IMG/VR virus record: IMGVR_UViG_3300030055_000003
Strand: one strand, 5' to 3'
DNA length: 64,000 nucleotides
Source of the DNA: a virus
Lineage: Duplodnaviria; Caudoviricetes
Shown here: one piece after another, positions 1 through 9,743 of the stretch
Layout: each line of letters starts with the position of its first letter
Numbering within the stretch: position 1 is the stretch's first letter
Notes under the pieces: model-generated
Told to the model about the DNA's origin: nothing
The model's database searches: none
Seen by the model: only the letters and a program-made list of their open reading frames with translations
Program-made: the position numbers and the translations under genes

Positions 1-43
1 TTAAATTGTCCTTTAAAATGTTTATATTAATCTTATCACTCAT
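1..43 (-). CDS. hypothetical protein, 5' part only (runs off left edge)
   Basis: GAGGAG RBS then ATG at 43; MSDKININILKDNL open to window edge. Confidence 0.55.
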   Translation of the reverse strand, partial: MSDKININILKDNL

Positions 44-205
44 TTATTTTCACTCCTCAAATATAATTAATCTATTTATTATATTTAAATTATATCACTA
101 TAATAAATTAAAAGCAATAAAAAATAGCCTTTATTTAAGACTATTTTTTAATTTATAGTTTAATATTACCATAAAAATATTTAGTTGTCCATATTTAACC
201 ATAAA

Positions 206-502
206 TTATAGCAGTTCCACTGTATATTTTTCATTATTTAGTAATGTAAAATAAAATTGATTTATTTTTATTTTATTATAATCATTATCTATGTAGCTTA
301 TTTTCTTTACTGTCTTATTATTAATTATTTCAAACAACTTATCTAAATTTTCTTCTTTAAAATATTTTTCTTTTTCTTGTTCATCAGTTAATACTATACC
401 TTCCCCCTCAGATTTTAACATAAGCATTTGTACCTCAAAATTTGAAAAGCTAATTTCTACTTGTCCCACTTCTTCATAATTATTTTTTACTCTCATTTCC
501 AT
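206..502 (-). CDS. hypothetical protein
   Basis: ORF track; GGGAGAG RBS; followed by hairpin at ~121-148. Confidence 0.7.
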   Translation of the reverse strand: MEMRVKNNYEEVGQVEISFSNFEVQMLMLKSEGEGIVLTDEQEKEKYFKEENLDKLFEIINNKTVKKISYIDNDYNKIKINQFYFTLLNNEKYTVELL

Positions 503-635
503 AAACGAATCTCTCCCTTTTATTTTTAATATTTATATAAACAAATTAATGTGTATAACGTTCTTACAATTTCATTTTATAACAAATTAACATAAATAGC
601 AATACATTGTTTATTTTTATTTCCATAATTTAATA

Positions 636-681
636 CGAATGTATGTTCTATATATTATTTTACTACCAAACGTATGTTTGG
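636..681 (-). promoter_or_regulatory. leftward sigmaA promoter overlapped by two Firmicute LexA/DinR (SOS)-like boxes
   Basis: cGAATgtatGTTCt (636-649) and ccAAACgtatGTTTgg (666-681); minus strand reads TTGACC-17-TAAAAT with box 2 in the spacer. Confidence 0.55.
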
Positions 682-857
682 TCAAGATGGTTTGTTGGAC
701 TTTAATAATATTTTACTGTTAAATTTTTATCAATTACATATGTCTATTATATATTAATTAGTATAAAATCCTCCAACACCATAGGTAAAGTTTTTCTTGT
801 ATTTTTTTAGTTTTACCATATTTTATGCATTGATTCGACATTCATATAATTGGTATA

Positions 858-1238
858 ATGTTTATGTATGTATTATATTGTCGAAAGGAGAGAGTGAAAA
901 TAAAAAAAAGAAAATTAAAAGAACCACAAAGAGGTCAATATATTTTATTGTTCAAAAAATATAGGAATTTTCGCCACATGACACAAGAAGAATTATCTTT
1001 TAGAATAGGGCTCACCCCTTCTTACCTGTCTTTTTTTGAACAAGATAATATTACTAGAACTCGCTCTCCTAAATTAAATTTGATTAGAGATATCGCTTAT
1101 GCTTTAAAAGTCTGTCCTAATAGCATTGTAATCTTTCCATGCAACCAATGTGAGCTAAGAGATAATTGTAGAAAAAGAAAAGATGTCAAAAATGATAATA
1201 AAAATTTTTTTGAAGACAATCTAGAATATTATATTTAA
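858..1238 (+). CDS. XRE-family HTH transcriptional regulator with C-terminal Cys cluster
   Basis: MTQEELSFRIGLTPSYLSFFEQ...PKLNLIRDIAYALKVCP HTH_3 pattern; CNQCELRDNC. Confidence 0.8.
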   Translation: MFMYVLYCRKERVKIKKRKLKEPQRGQYILLFKKYRNFRHMTQEELSFRIGLTPSYLSFFEQDNITRTRSPKLNLIRDIAYALKVCPNSIVIFPCNQCELRDNCRKRKDVKNDNKNFFEDNLEYYI

Positions 1239-1289
1239 TTTTATAAGCTAGGATAAGTAATTATTAATCCTAGCTTATTTTTTTGTACG

Positions 1290-2258
1290 TTAGTCAGTAA
1301 TTTCAACTTCATATTTATATAAAGCATCGTATAGTTTTTGTGGTATTTTGTTTTTATAATAATCTGCGACATCTTTTATATGTTTTTCTTTATTCTTTTT
1401 ATAAATACAAAAAGCTTCCTCTGGAGTATCAAAACATCCTAAATGAAATCTAGTTTCTAATATTGCGTCACTATACCTTGCTCTAAATTTCCCACTTTCT
1501 GTAATTCCAACACCTATTGGATATTCTCCTCGTACTTTTTTACAACTTATAATTAAAGCATTTATATTATTAGGCACAATAATACAATTTTCAGGACTGT
1601 AAACTTTATTCCCTTTATGTAGTATATCTTTATCCACTTCCATTCTTTGTCCTTCTATTTTATAATAATTTTCATCCCACCACTTAGCAAATACTTGGAA
1701 ATTATGCCACTCTTTATCTACACTACAACCAAAATATGTAGGTTGTTTTATTTGTTGTTTTTCATCATAACATCTCTTTATCATAGCAAGCCACGTATAA
1801 TATTGTGGTATATTTTTATTATTAATTGTTGGGACATGTTCACCCTCACCTAAATATCCAACACCACAAATGAGTCTATCGTAAGGTGATATTAGATTTC
1901 CTTTTTTAAATTCTGTGTATAATTTGTTTTTAAAAAAAGAACCATTATCAAATTTAACATCTATATCCTTACAATTTCTATACCCAACAATAGTCATTTT
2001 ACTTCCGTATTTATTATAATTTATTTCTCCTACTTTATCTTTAATTTGATTTTTATTTTTTCTAGCTATTCTACATTTTGGACATATTTGTCCTTTTAAT
2101 AATCTATTTGGATTGGAAGTATTCCATTCATGTCCACATATTTTATCCTTAACTAATATTTTTGTTGTATCATTTATATATTCTCCTAATACTTCAATAT
2201 TAGGATTTTTAACTTTCATCTCTTCCTTAAATTGTTCAGTCGTTTTAATTTTTCCCAT
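1290..2258 (-). CDS. putative homing-type endonuclease (N-terminal zinc-ribbon, HNH-variant core, C-terminal AP2-like domain)
   Basis: KTTEQFKEEM..NPNIEVLGEY..CGHEW..CPKC; MIKRCY..EWHNF..DKDIL..GNKVYSPENC; KFRARY..HLGCFDTPEEAF. Confidence 0.7.
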   Translation of the reverse strand: MGKIKTTEQFKEEMKVKNPNIEVLGEYINDTTKILVKDKICGHEWNTSNPNRLLKGQICPKCRIARKNKNQIKDKVGEINYNKYGSKMTIVGYRNCKDIDVKFDNGSFFKNKLYTEFKKGNLISPYDRLICGVGYLGEGEHVPTINNKNIPQYYTWLAMIKRCYDEKQQIKQPTYFGCSVDKEWHNFQVFAKWWDENYYKIEGQRMEVDKDILHKGNKVYSPENCIIVPNNINALIISCKKVRGEYPIGVGITESGKFRARYSDAILETRFHLGCFDTPEEAFCIYKKNKEKHIKDVADYYKNKIPQKLYDALYKYEVEITD

Positions 2259-2366
2259 TTAATATCTCCTTTATTATTTTAATTTATTATCTATATAATT
2301 AAGTTAGTATATAATAATTAATAAATCATATACCAACTTAATATAAAATATTCAATTTAAAATGTC

Positions 2367-2813
2367 CTATAGCTCCTTTATCATTTCTTTTATAATAGTA
2401 AGACATTCCTCTTTACTTTCATGATCTTTATTATCAGCTTCTTCTAAGTATTCACTATAAACTTCTTCAAAATAATCAATATCGTTCTCTAAGTCAAAAT
2501 CTTCAGCTTCTATTTCATTATCATATAAGTAATATCTAAAGAAATATCTTGTTTCTTCCCATATTCCAAAAGCTCTATCAAACCATTGTTCTGCATACAT
2601 TCTTTCATCAGAACCATTAGAATGATGGTCTGTTAAATCAGCGGTAAAACTACCTAATAATTCAGAAGCATTGTTAAAACCTACCTTTAAGGCATGTAAT
2701 GTCAGCATTGAATATTGTTTGTCAGTCATTTTAACATTAACGCCTTTATCTCCTAATGTTTTTAAATCCTCATTTTCTTCTTTAATTCTTTCCGCATAAA
2801 AATCTTTCATCAC
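2367..2813 (-). CDS. hypothetical protein
   Basis: ORF track; co-oriented with neighbours. Confidence 0.75.
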   Translation of the reverse strand: MMKDFYAERIKEENEDLKTLGDKGVNVKMTDKQYSMLTLHALKVGFNNASELLGSFTADLTDHHSNGSDERMYAEQWFDRAFGIWEETRYFFRYYLYDNEIEAEDFDLENDIDYFEEVYSEYLEEADNKDHESKEECLTIIKEMIKEL

Positions 2814-2983
2814 TCTTCAATCCTTTCTAACTTACTTGTATACGCTTCTGTAGTATTCAATCTATCAATCCCAGTTTTAATTATTGCCACTTGGAAAGCT
2901 TTCAATACGCTTACTACTTTAGCATTGTGAAATTCTTTCCCATTCATATCTGTACCATTCACTTTATCTCCAACTTCAATCAT
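2810..2983 (-). CDS. small hypothetical protein (57 aa, not in ORF track)
   Basis: AAGGTGG RBS, MIEVGDKVNGTDMNGKEFHNAKVV..., stop overlaps next start. Confidence 0.65.
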   Translation of the reverse strand: MIEVGDKVNGTDMNGKEFHNAKVVSVLKAFQVAIIKTGIDRLNTTEAYTSKLERIEE

Positions 2984-3014
2984 CCCATAACCACCTTAAC
3001 TGTTTTTCTATATT

Positions 3015-3278
3015 TTAACATAATTTAAATGACATTTCTCTACTTTCTTTATTAATACTACAAAACATTAAGTTCCACATACAATCACAGACACTAGAAA
3101 GTTCTATTAATTCTTTTGATTTATATTTCTTTTTAAATTTAAATAATTCTGAAATATGGTCTTCCAACTCATACTTATTCACACCTTTTATATTCCCTTT
3201 ATCTACCTTTACATTAATTCCATTATCCATTGTTAAACTTACTATATTATTATTTATCATTTTTATTTCCTCTTTCAC
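3015..3278 (-). CDS. hypothetical protein
   Basis: ORF track. Confidence 0.6.
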   Translation of the reverse strand: MKEEIKMINNNIVSLTMDNGINVKVDKGNIKGVNKYELEDHISELFKFKKKYKSKELIELSSVCDCMWNLMFCSINKESREMSFKLC

Positions 3279-3341
3279 ATAATGTTAATTTGTTTTAATT
3301 TATTATGTATTATTAAAAGTATGAAAGAAGCATTGATAATT

Positions 3342-3533
3342 TTAAATTAATCCTAATTTATTTAAAATATTATCACGCATTTTGATAAGCCTACATTCAT
3401 TACAATCTTTTTTATAATCTTGCATTTCAGGTAATGAGCATCCGCTAATACAAGGATTAGAATTTAAAAATATATCCATGACTATTATTTCATCATTTGT
3501 TAATTCTAATTTTTTCAATTTATTCACCTCCAA
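3342..3533 (-). CDS. hypothetical Cys-rich protein
   Basis: ORF track; GGAGG RBS; C..C....C..C. Confidence 0.65.
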   Translation of the reverse strand: MEVNKLKKLELTNDEIIVMDIFLNSNPCISGCSLPEMQDYKKDCNECRLIKMRDNILNKLGLI

Positions 3534-3554
3534 GGTTCAAATAAAAGTAACATT

Positions 3555-3881
3555 TTAAACTAAATTATATTTAGTTTCTATATCATATTTATATATTGAT
3601 AAGCTATAATCATCAATTTTCATAATATTCTTTATTAATTGTTTATTTAAAGAAATATATACTAAAACAGTGTCACATCTATATGAATAACCAGTGCTAT
3701 AAAATACTTGGTCGTCTTCTAATAGTTTTTCTAATATTTCTGTATTGCAGTTTTTTATACATTCAATTACTCTTTCATCTTTATTTACATAATCAAAAGT
3801 TCTGCCAACAAAATTATTGTTTGGAATCCATTTAGAACAAAAATATAATTTTTCAATACATCTATCTATAATATCATTCAT
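3555..3881 (-). CDS. hypothetical protein
   Basis: ORF track; AGGTG RBS. Confidence 0.7.
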   Translation of the reverse strand: MNDIIDRCIEKLYFCSKWIPNNNFVGRTFDYVNKDERVIECIKNCNTEILEKLLEDDQVFYSTGYSYRCDTVLVYISLNKQLIKNIMKIDDYSLSIYKYDIETKYNLV

Positions 3882-3909
3882 TTATTCACCTACTCCAGTC
3901 CTTTTAAAT

Positions 3910-4182
3910 CTAAGAATTTATCAAGTTTTCAACATTTTTAAACATAACACATCCACAACTATTTAAATATATATGTTTTCTTTCGTCTAGTTCTTTTAAA
4001 AGGTATTGTGATTCTCTTTCAAAATTTTCTCTTGATTCATAATCAATACTATAACAAAGCATTCTTTCTATATAAAGATATCTATCTAGTAAATATTTGG
4101 TTGTTTGATTTTTTATTGATTTTTCTAAAACTTCATTTTCTTGTTTTTCTTTTCTTCTCTTTTTTATCCAAAACCAATCCAT
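3910..4182 (-). CDS. hypothetical protein
   Basis: ORF track; GGAGG RBS. Confidence 0.7.
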   Translation of the reverse strand: MDWFWIKKRRKEKQENEVLEKSIKNQTTKYLLDRYLYIERMLCYSIDYESRENFERESQYLLKELDERKHIYLNSCGCVMFKNVENLINS

Positions 4183-4230
4183 TTTTATACACCTCCATCA
4201 ACATAAAATCAGATTTTTATAGTAAATATA

Positions 4231-4995
4231 TTATACATCTATTTGAGATGTGTTTTCTATATGTATTGAATTTTTTCTAGTATATTTTTGTTTAGGTTTA
4301 TGTTCTTGTATATGTAGTTTATATTCTTCGTTTAACCATTTATATATCTTGTCCAATTTTTCTTCACTAAAGAATTCTTGTTTCTTATACCACTCCTCTA
4401 TATCAAATTGATGTTTAGAAGTATTGCATCTTTTACAGGATGGTACACAATTTCCTAAATCATCTGAACCATTACAATCTACATGCTCCTTATGTAATTG
4501 TTGATTATATATTTCTTTATGTTCAATCTCACTCATTCCACAATAAGCACAACTATTATCAAAATACTCTTTACAATCAACCCATTCTTTATTATTTATC
4601 TTATGTGCTTTATTGGAATATGTATTATTATATTCTTTTAATTTATCTTTATTATTATGTTGCCATTGTTTTTGATATCCAGTTTCTCTTTGTCTTTTTG
4701 AATTTTCTCGTAATGCCTTGCTTTTTATTTCAGAATGATCATATTTATATTGAGCAATTTTAACCTTTTCTAGGTTATCATTTCTCCATGCTCTTGACAT
4801 TAATTTATTACATTCTTTACAATACGGAAATAACCCATCTGAAGATGTTTTATGTTTATAAAAATATTCCCCATTGCATGGAAACCATTGTTCTTCATTT
4901 GGACGTAATATTTTATGCTTGTTACATAGTTTATATAGTTCTCCTTCTATTAATTTATGAGATTTTTCATAAATTAAACCAATTTTATTTTCTAT
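4231..4995 (-). CDS. HNH endonuclease; true start appears upstream of the annotated 4800 ATG
   Basis: CAYCG..HKEHVD..GSDDLGNCVPSCKRCNTSKH; frame stays open to 5016 and encodes LC..H...WFPCNGEYFYKHKTSSDGLFPYCKEC; RBS AGAAAGAAGG sits 8 nt before ATA at 4995. Confidence 0.75.
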   Translation of the reverse strand: MENKIGLIYEKSHKLIEGELYKLCNKHKILRPNEEQWFPCNGEYFYKHKTSSDGLFPYCKECNKLMSRAWRNDNLEKVKIAQYKYDHSEIKSKALRENSKRQRETGYQKQWQHNNKDKLKEYNNTYSNKAHKINNKEWVDCKEYFDNSCAYCGMSEIEHKEIYNQQLHKEHVDCNGSDDLGNCVPSCKRCNTSKHQFDIEEWYKKQEFFSEEKLDKIYKWLNEEYKLHIQEHKPKQKYTRKNSIHIENTSQIDV

Positions 4996-5050
4996 ACTAA
5001 AAACCTTCTTTCTTTTTTAAATTTATTTATAATTTATTTTTATAATTAAT

Positions 5051-5097
5051 ACTTAGACTTATATTCTAATCACCTCCTATTTAAATTAAGTCTAAGT
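5051..5097. terminator. inverted repeat, probable terminator
   Basis: ACTTAGACTT ... AAGTCTAAGT perfect 10-bp arms. Confidence 0.5.
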
Positions 5098-5104
5098 TAG
5101 CTTC

Positions 5105-5434
5105 CTATTTTACTTTCTCTATATCTTCAATTAATTTTTCTAAATCTTCTAGATACTCTAACTTTGTATATTCATCATTGATGATTAATTCTTTTAAATT
5201 TGTTGCTAATTTAAACTTTTTAGTTTCCATCAATAATTTTCTTAATTCAATATAAATATTATTAACTTTTTGAATATATAACTTTTGATTCTTTTCATCT
5301 GAAAAATTAAGTTCATAATTGCTTAATGTATACCAATTTGTAATTTCTTTTAACTTTTTACTTGCATTATCTAAATCTTTATACAAAGTTTCTTCTTTCT
5401 TTGCTATATATTTAGCTTTCTCCATTTTATTCAT
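5105..5434 (-). CDS. hypothetical protein
   Basis: ORF track; GGAGG RBS. Confidence 0.7.
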   Translation of the reverse strand: MNKMEKAKYIAKKEETLYKDLDNASKKLKEITNWYTLSNYELNFSDEKNQKLYIQKVNNIYIELRKLLMETKKFKLATNLKELIINDEYTKLEYLEDLEKLIEDIEKVK

Positions 5435-5688
5435 ACCTCCACATATTCATATTCACCAATTTTAAACCATACTATATTTTTATTATATTCTATACCTACT
5501 TGATTTTCACATTTATATGCAACTATAAAACTTTTTCCAATTAAATCATCAAATCCATCATCTTTAACAGATATACAATCTAATATTCTAACTTTTTCAA
5601 TTTTCATACTTTTAGGATCACAATGTGGTATATTTAAATCTTTTAATATTCTTTCCATAAAATTTTCTGATTTACTCATTAAAATCAC
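5431..5688 (-). CDS. hypothetical protein
   Basis: ORF track; AGGAG RBS. Confidence 0.7.
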   Translation of the reverse strand: MILMSKSENFMERILKDLNIPHCDPKSMKIEKVRILDCISVKDDGFDDLIGKSFIVAYKCENQVGIEYNKNIVWFKIGEYEYVEV

Positions 5689-5748
5689 TCCTTAATTATT
5701 ATAATATTATACCATTTTACTAAATCTTAGTCACTTTTGATAAAAGAT

Positions 5749-5949
5749 TTATTTTAAGCTTTCTTTAGTTATGTCATATACTTGCAATAATGCATATCCT
5801 CCAATATAAGTTATTATTAAAGCAATGATTAATATATCCATTGTAGAATAATAATTTTGTATATTATTAATTTCTAAGAAGAATGCAACTGTAAACATTG
5901 TTGTAATAGAAACATATAATTGTTTGATTAATTCTTTTAAGAATTTCAT
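5749..5949 (-). CDS. small membrane protein
   Basis: two hydrophobic stretches; AAGGAG RBS. Confidence 0.65.
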   Translation of the reverse strand: MKFLKELIKQLYVSITTMFTVAFFLEINNIQNYYSTMDILIIALIITYIGGYALLQVYDITKESLK

Positions 5950-5963
5950 ATGATTCTCCTTTC

Positions 5964-6887
5964 TTATAAATTGTTCAATGGATTACTCTTTACAGCTTCA
6001 CGACTTTGTTCATCATCTACATGAGTATAAATTTGGGTATTAGATACTGATGAATGACCAAGAATACTCTGAAGTTGTCTTATATCTACTTTTCCGTATT
6101 TATACATAAGTGTAGCACTTGTATGCCTTAATTTATGCACAGTATACTTACTAGAGTCATTTATTCCAGAATTTTGTATATATTCTTTTACTAATACTTC
6201 TATTCTTCCTTTTTTAATATTAAACAATCTTCCATCTAAAATATTGTAATCATCTCTTATATTTAAATAATCATTTAATACTTTTAAACAAGTTTCATTC
6301 ATGTATATAGTCCTCTCCTTGTTCCCCTTACCAATAACAGTTAATACATCACCTTTAATATTATCAACCTTGATACCCTCTAGTTCAGAAAGTCTCATGC
6401 CTGTTTGTAGGAATAATGTCACAATACAATAATCTCTAGTATAATTTTCATTATTCTTATTCATTGAAGTTAATAATTGTTTGCTTTCATTTAAAGATAG
6501 ATAGATTGGATTTCTCTTTTGCTTTTTAGGGACTATTAGACCATAAGCTGGATTTACTGTGATAAGTTTTTCTATGTTTTGTAGATATTCAAAATAAGAT
6601 TTCAAAGTGTAAGTTTTTCTTGTTCTTGCAGATGCTCCACAACTTTTTTCTTTGTTTTCTAAATACATCATAAAAGCATTTAAATCTTTTAGTTCAACCT
6701 TTTTAATAACCATGTTAGTTATATCTTTCTTATTCTTATGTATTTTTAAAAAATCAAATAGTAAATGTAAATCACTTCTATAAGATTTTAAAGTATCTGT
6801 AGTTAATCCTTTCATTGTTCTACAATAGTTTAAAAAGTTTTCAGCATTTTCTATCAACTTATCTTCTCTAGCTTTCATATCAATCAA
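5964..6887 (-). CDS. tyrosine recombinase/integrase (XerC/D-like), catalytically intact
   Basis: SAM-like N-terminus (GLTTDTLKSYRSDL); TGMRLSEL, GKGNKER, HKLRH, LGH, TQIY; own TTGATT-17-TATAAT promoter at ~6925-6960. Confidence 0.93.
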   Translation of the reverse strand: MIDMKAREDKLIENAENFLNYCRTMKGLTTDTLKSYRSDLHLLFDFLKIHKNKKDITNMVIKKVELKDLNAFMMYLENKEKSCGASARTRKTYTLKSYFEYLQNIEKLITVNPAYGLIVPKKQKRNPIYLSLNESKQLLTSMNKNNENYTRDYCIVTLFLQTGMRLSELEGIKVDNIKGDVLTVIGKGNKERTIYMNETCLKVLNDYLNIRDDYNILDGRLFNIKKGRIEVLVKEYIQNSGINDSSKYTVHKLRHTSATLMYKYGKVDIRQLQSILGHSSVSNTQIYTHVDDEQSREAVKSNPLNNL

Positions 6888-6995
6888 TCCTTTCTTTGTT
6901 CTATTAATTTGTTTTATCTTGTAATTCTATTATATATCTATTTTATGGAAAAATCAATAGTTTTATTACTGATTTTTCTAAAAATATACATTAAT

Positions 6996-7152
6996 TTATT
7001 TCTCTTTATTATATTCTTGGATATCTGCACAAAACACAATAGTTTTTGCATTTTCTAATCTATTTGAGTATAAAGACTTTAAACCTTCTTGAATGTCTTT
7101 AGGTAATTCTTCAATATTTATTTCAACCAAAAGGAACCGTTCTTTTTTTCAT
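6996..7152 (-). pseudogene. small ORF frameshifted in an A7 run just after ATG
   Basis: ATG-A7-GAACGG; removing one A gives a clean 51-aa ORF MKKERFLLVEINIEELP... with GGAGTG RBS. Confidence 0.55.
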
Positions 7153-7188
7153 ACAATCACTCCTTTAATTTATAATGAAATGATAGTT

Positions 7189-7527
7189 TTAATCAATCTC
7201 CTCAAAACATTCACCACATATTAATGTATTACACTTAGGACACATATAATCTCCATCATATTTTACTCCTGTAATTGGTTCTATACCTTCTCCAAAATAC
7301 TTAATAGTCGCATTATTTATATCATCAGCAGAACTAATCTGTTCACATTCTTCACATTTATAATACTTTATGTTTCTTCTTTTGAATGTTTGCATAACCA
7401 TTAAGTTGTCTTTATTTTCAAGTGTTGTTTCTAGCCATAAATCTAATTCTTCCTGTTTATCAAAAGTAATCCATAAATCATACCTATGTAATTCTTCTGT
7501 CTTTTTAAATACTACTATATCCTTCAT
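7189..7527 (-). CDS. hypothetical protein with zinc-ribbon
   Basis: CEEC ... CPKC...CGEC. Confidence 0.7.
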   Translation of the reverse strand: MKDIVVFKKTEELHRYDLWITFDKQEELDLWLETTLENKDNLMVMQTFKRRNIKYYKCEECEQISSADDINNATIKYFGEGIEPITGVKYDGDYMCPKCNTLICGECFEEID

Positions 7528-7591
7528 TTTTATTAGCTCCTTTTTATATATTTATTTTATTATATCCAACTAAAACAATGTATTTAACGAC

Positions 7592-7780
7592 TTATTTTTT
7601 AATAATTAAATAACCCCATATTGGAAATAAAATTATTGCAGATATCAAATACCATTTAAAATCAATTATATCTGTAAATTTTAGTAATGTCATGCCCCAA
7701 GAGAATGATAATATACAAAATAAAAATATTAATACTTTTTTAAAACTTTTATATATATGTTTAATGTTCATATTATTCAA
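7592..7780 (-). CDS. small two-TM membrane protein
   Basis: two hydrophobic helices. Confidence 0.65.
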   Translation of the reverse strand: MNNMNIKHIYKSFKKVLIFLFCILSFSWGMTLLKFTDIIDFKWYLISAIILFPIWGYLIIKK

Positions 7781-7983
7781 CCTCCATAAACTCTAATTAA
7801 ACAATCTTTTCTTGCTCTTAATGGTCTGCTAGTATTAATATCTATTACATCTATGTAGCCACCAAAATCTTCTTCTAAAGATTCAATTCTATATATATCA
7901 AATGAAATTGCATATTTTCTACCATCTTCACATTTTCTTAATCTTAAATTGTTACTATACACTACTATATCCCCTACATTCAT
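7777..7983 (-). CDS. hypothetical protein
   Basis: ORF track; GGAGG RBS. Confidence 0.7.
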   Translation of the reverse strand: MNVGDIVVYSNNLRLRKCEDGRKYAISFDIYRIESLEEDFGGYIDVIDINTSRPLRARKDCLIRVYGG

Positions 7984-8021
7984 TTTACTACCTCCACTTC
8001 TAATGAAATTATTAATTTATC

Positions 8022-8273
8022 CTAATCTTCCCATCTTACTGCAATTTTCGTCTCAACATATTGAACAAACTCTAACATTTTAAGACTTTCTATATCGTCA
8101 TTATCAAATTCCCAATCATCTTCTATTGTAACATTGTGATATTCATTATTGTATTTCCATTTTAATTCTTCTAACAACTTATTGTTGTTTTCAGCATAAG
8201 CATATCCATCTGCCACAAATTCTCCATATTCTCCCAACTTAACAAACCATCTGAATAATCCCATATATTTCAC
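8022..8273 (-). CDS. hypothetical protein
   Basis: ORF track. Confidence 0.7.
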   Translation of the reverse strand: MKYMGLFRWFVKLGEYGEFVADGYAYAENNNKLLEELKWKYNNEYHNVTIEDDWEFDNDDIESLKMLEFVQYVETKIAVRWED

Positions 8274-8276
8274 TCC

Positions 8277-8519
8277 TTATTTATCAGCGTATAGTAAATT
8301 AAATAGCATTATATCTTCATCTTTAACAATACTATATATTTGTTCTGCAAGTGCTTTTACTTTAATATAACATTCATCACATAGAAATAATGAACCTCCG
8401 TCAACAGTCATAATAAATTTAAAATCAGTTTTATCATAAACATCACTAATTCTCAAACATTCACTATCTATATAATTACTATCTTTATTGCAATTTTTAC
8501 ATTTAATTGTTTCGCTCAT
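8277..8519 (-). CDS. hypothetical zinc-binding protein
   Basis: CKNC ... LCDEC. Confidence 0.7.
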   Translation of the reverse strand: MSETIKCKNCNKDSNYIDSECLRISDVYDKTDFKFIMTVDGGSLFLCDECYIKVKALAEQIYSIVKDEDIMLFNLLYADK

Positions 8520-8531
8520 TATTATGCTCCT

Positions 8532-8765
8532 CTATTTACTTATATTATTTAACTTAAAACTTTTTACAGAGTCTAATGGATATTGATTTAGGACTTGATT
8601 AATAAAATCTTCATAAGTCCATCCTTCAGCTTTAATTGCTTCCTTATTATCTATTATTTTATACCATATTCCATATTGATATTTAAATTCAATAAATTCT
8701 TCATTATCACATATAAATATTTCAACTCTTTTTAGTGAATCATCTATCTTTTCTTTAATTTTCAT
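8532..8765 (-). CDS. hypothetical protein
   Basis: ORF track; AAAGGAG RBS. Confidence 0.7.
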   Translation of the reverse strand: MKIKEKIDDSLKRVEIFICDNEEFIEFKYQYGIWYKIIDNKEAIKAEGWTYEDFINQVLNQYPLDSVKSFKLNNISK

Positions 8766-8802
8766 TTATTTCACTCCTTTTAAAATTATGATTTTAAATA
8801 AA

Positions 8803-8976
8803 TTAATTTAATTTCTCCAAGTATTCAATACATTTCTTTTTTGTTCCTTTAAATATTTCTGTGCCATTTTCATGCTTATCATTTACAATTCCGTAAGAAA
8901 ATCCATCGCTTTTATCTATTAAAGTTACACCTACTGCATAAAAACTATTCCCACTTTTGACCTTTATTACTTTCAT
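8803..8976 (-). CDS. small hypothetical protein (57 aa, not in ORF track)
   Basis: AGGTG RBS; MKVIKVKSGNSFYAVGVTLIDKSDGFSYGIV... Confidence 0.6.
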   Translation of the reverse strand: MKVIKVKSGNSFYAVGVTLIDKSDGFSYGIVNDKHENGTEIFKGTKKKCIEYLEKLN

Positions 8977-9008
8977 TATATCACCTACTTCATTATTCTA
9001 GAATTTAA

Positions 9009-9362
9009 TTATATCATATTCTTTTTAATTAATTCTACATCGTTCAATCCATATCTTTCAAAATATTTATACGGATATGCTCTAAACTTACTAAATAAAC
9101 AATTTAATAACTCATTATAATTTTCATATATTGTTAATTTATCTTTATGTACACCAACTGTTAATGTATGCTTTTGTTCTTCTAAATTCTTATCTAAAAA
9201 TAAAATATCCAATATTAAAAATCCTCCATTATTAAAACCTTTAATATAAATTGCCTCCATTATATCATGGTTATAATAATTCATCCAATCCATTATATTA
9301 TATTCAATAGTTTGTTCTATTTTTATCAATTCTGAAATTTCTTTAAATATTTCATATTTCAT
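9009..9362 (-). CDS. hypothetical protein
   Basis: ORF track; AAAGGAG RBS. Confidence 0.7.
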   Translation of the reverse strand: MKYEIFKEISELIKIEQTIEYNIMDWMNYYNHDIMEAIYIKGFNNGGFLILDILFLDKNLEEQKHTLTVGVHKDKLTIYENYNELLNCLFSKFRAYPYKYFERYGLNDVELIKKNMI

Positions 9363-9404
9363 ATTTATATTTCACTCCTTTTAAATTCAATATTTTAACT
9401 TAAA

Positions 9405-9743
9405 TTACCAATTATGTTTTCTTTCTCTGTTTTCATTCTGTTCTTCAAATGTATTTAAAATATCATAATAGTCTTTATTAAATATTCTATCTATGTCATG
9501 TTTACTATTAATTCTAACAAAACAATCAGGTCTATAATGATATAGATAACCATTATAAGTTAAAAACATACCCTTTTCTGTCATTTTTATAGTTTCTTCA
9601 AAACAATCTTTGCATATATAAATTCCTTCACTGCTATGACAAAATCCATCCCATTGATTAATTCTAAATGAATCTATATCTTCTTTATTATGTAGCTTAC
9701 CACATATTGAGCATTTTTTAGTTTCATCTTCCATAACTTTCAA
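9405..9743 (-). CDS. hypothetical zinc-binding protein
   Basis: CSICG ... ICKDC. Confidence 0.7.
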   Translation of the reverse strand: MKVMEDETKKCSICGKLHNKEDIDSFRINQWDGFCHSSEGIYICKDCFEETIKMTEKGMFLTYNGYLYHYRPDCFVRINSKHDIDRIFNKDYYDILNTFEEQNENRERKHNW

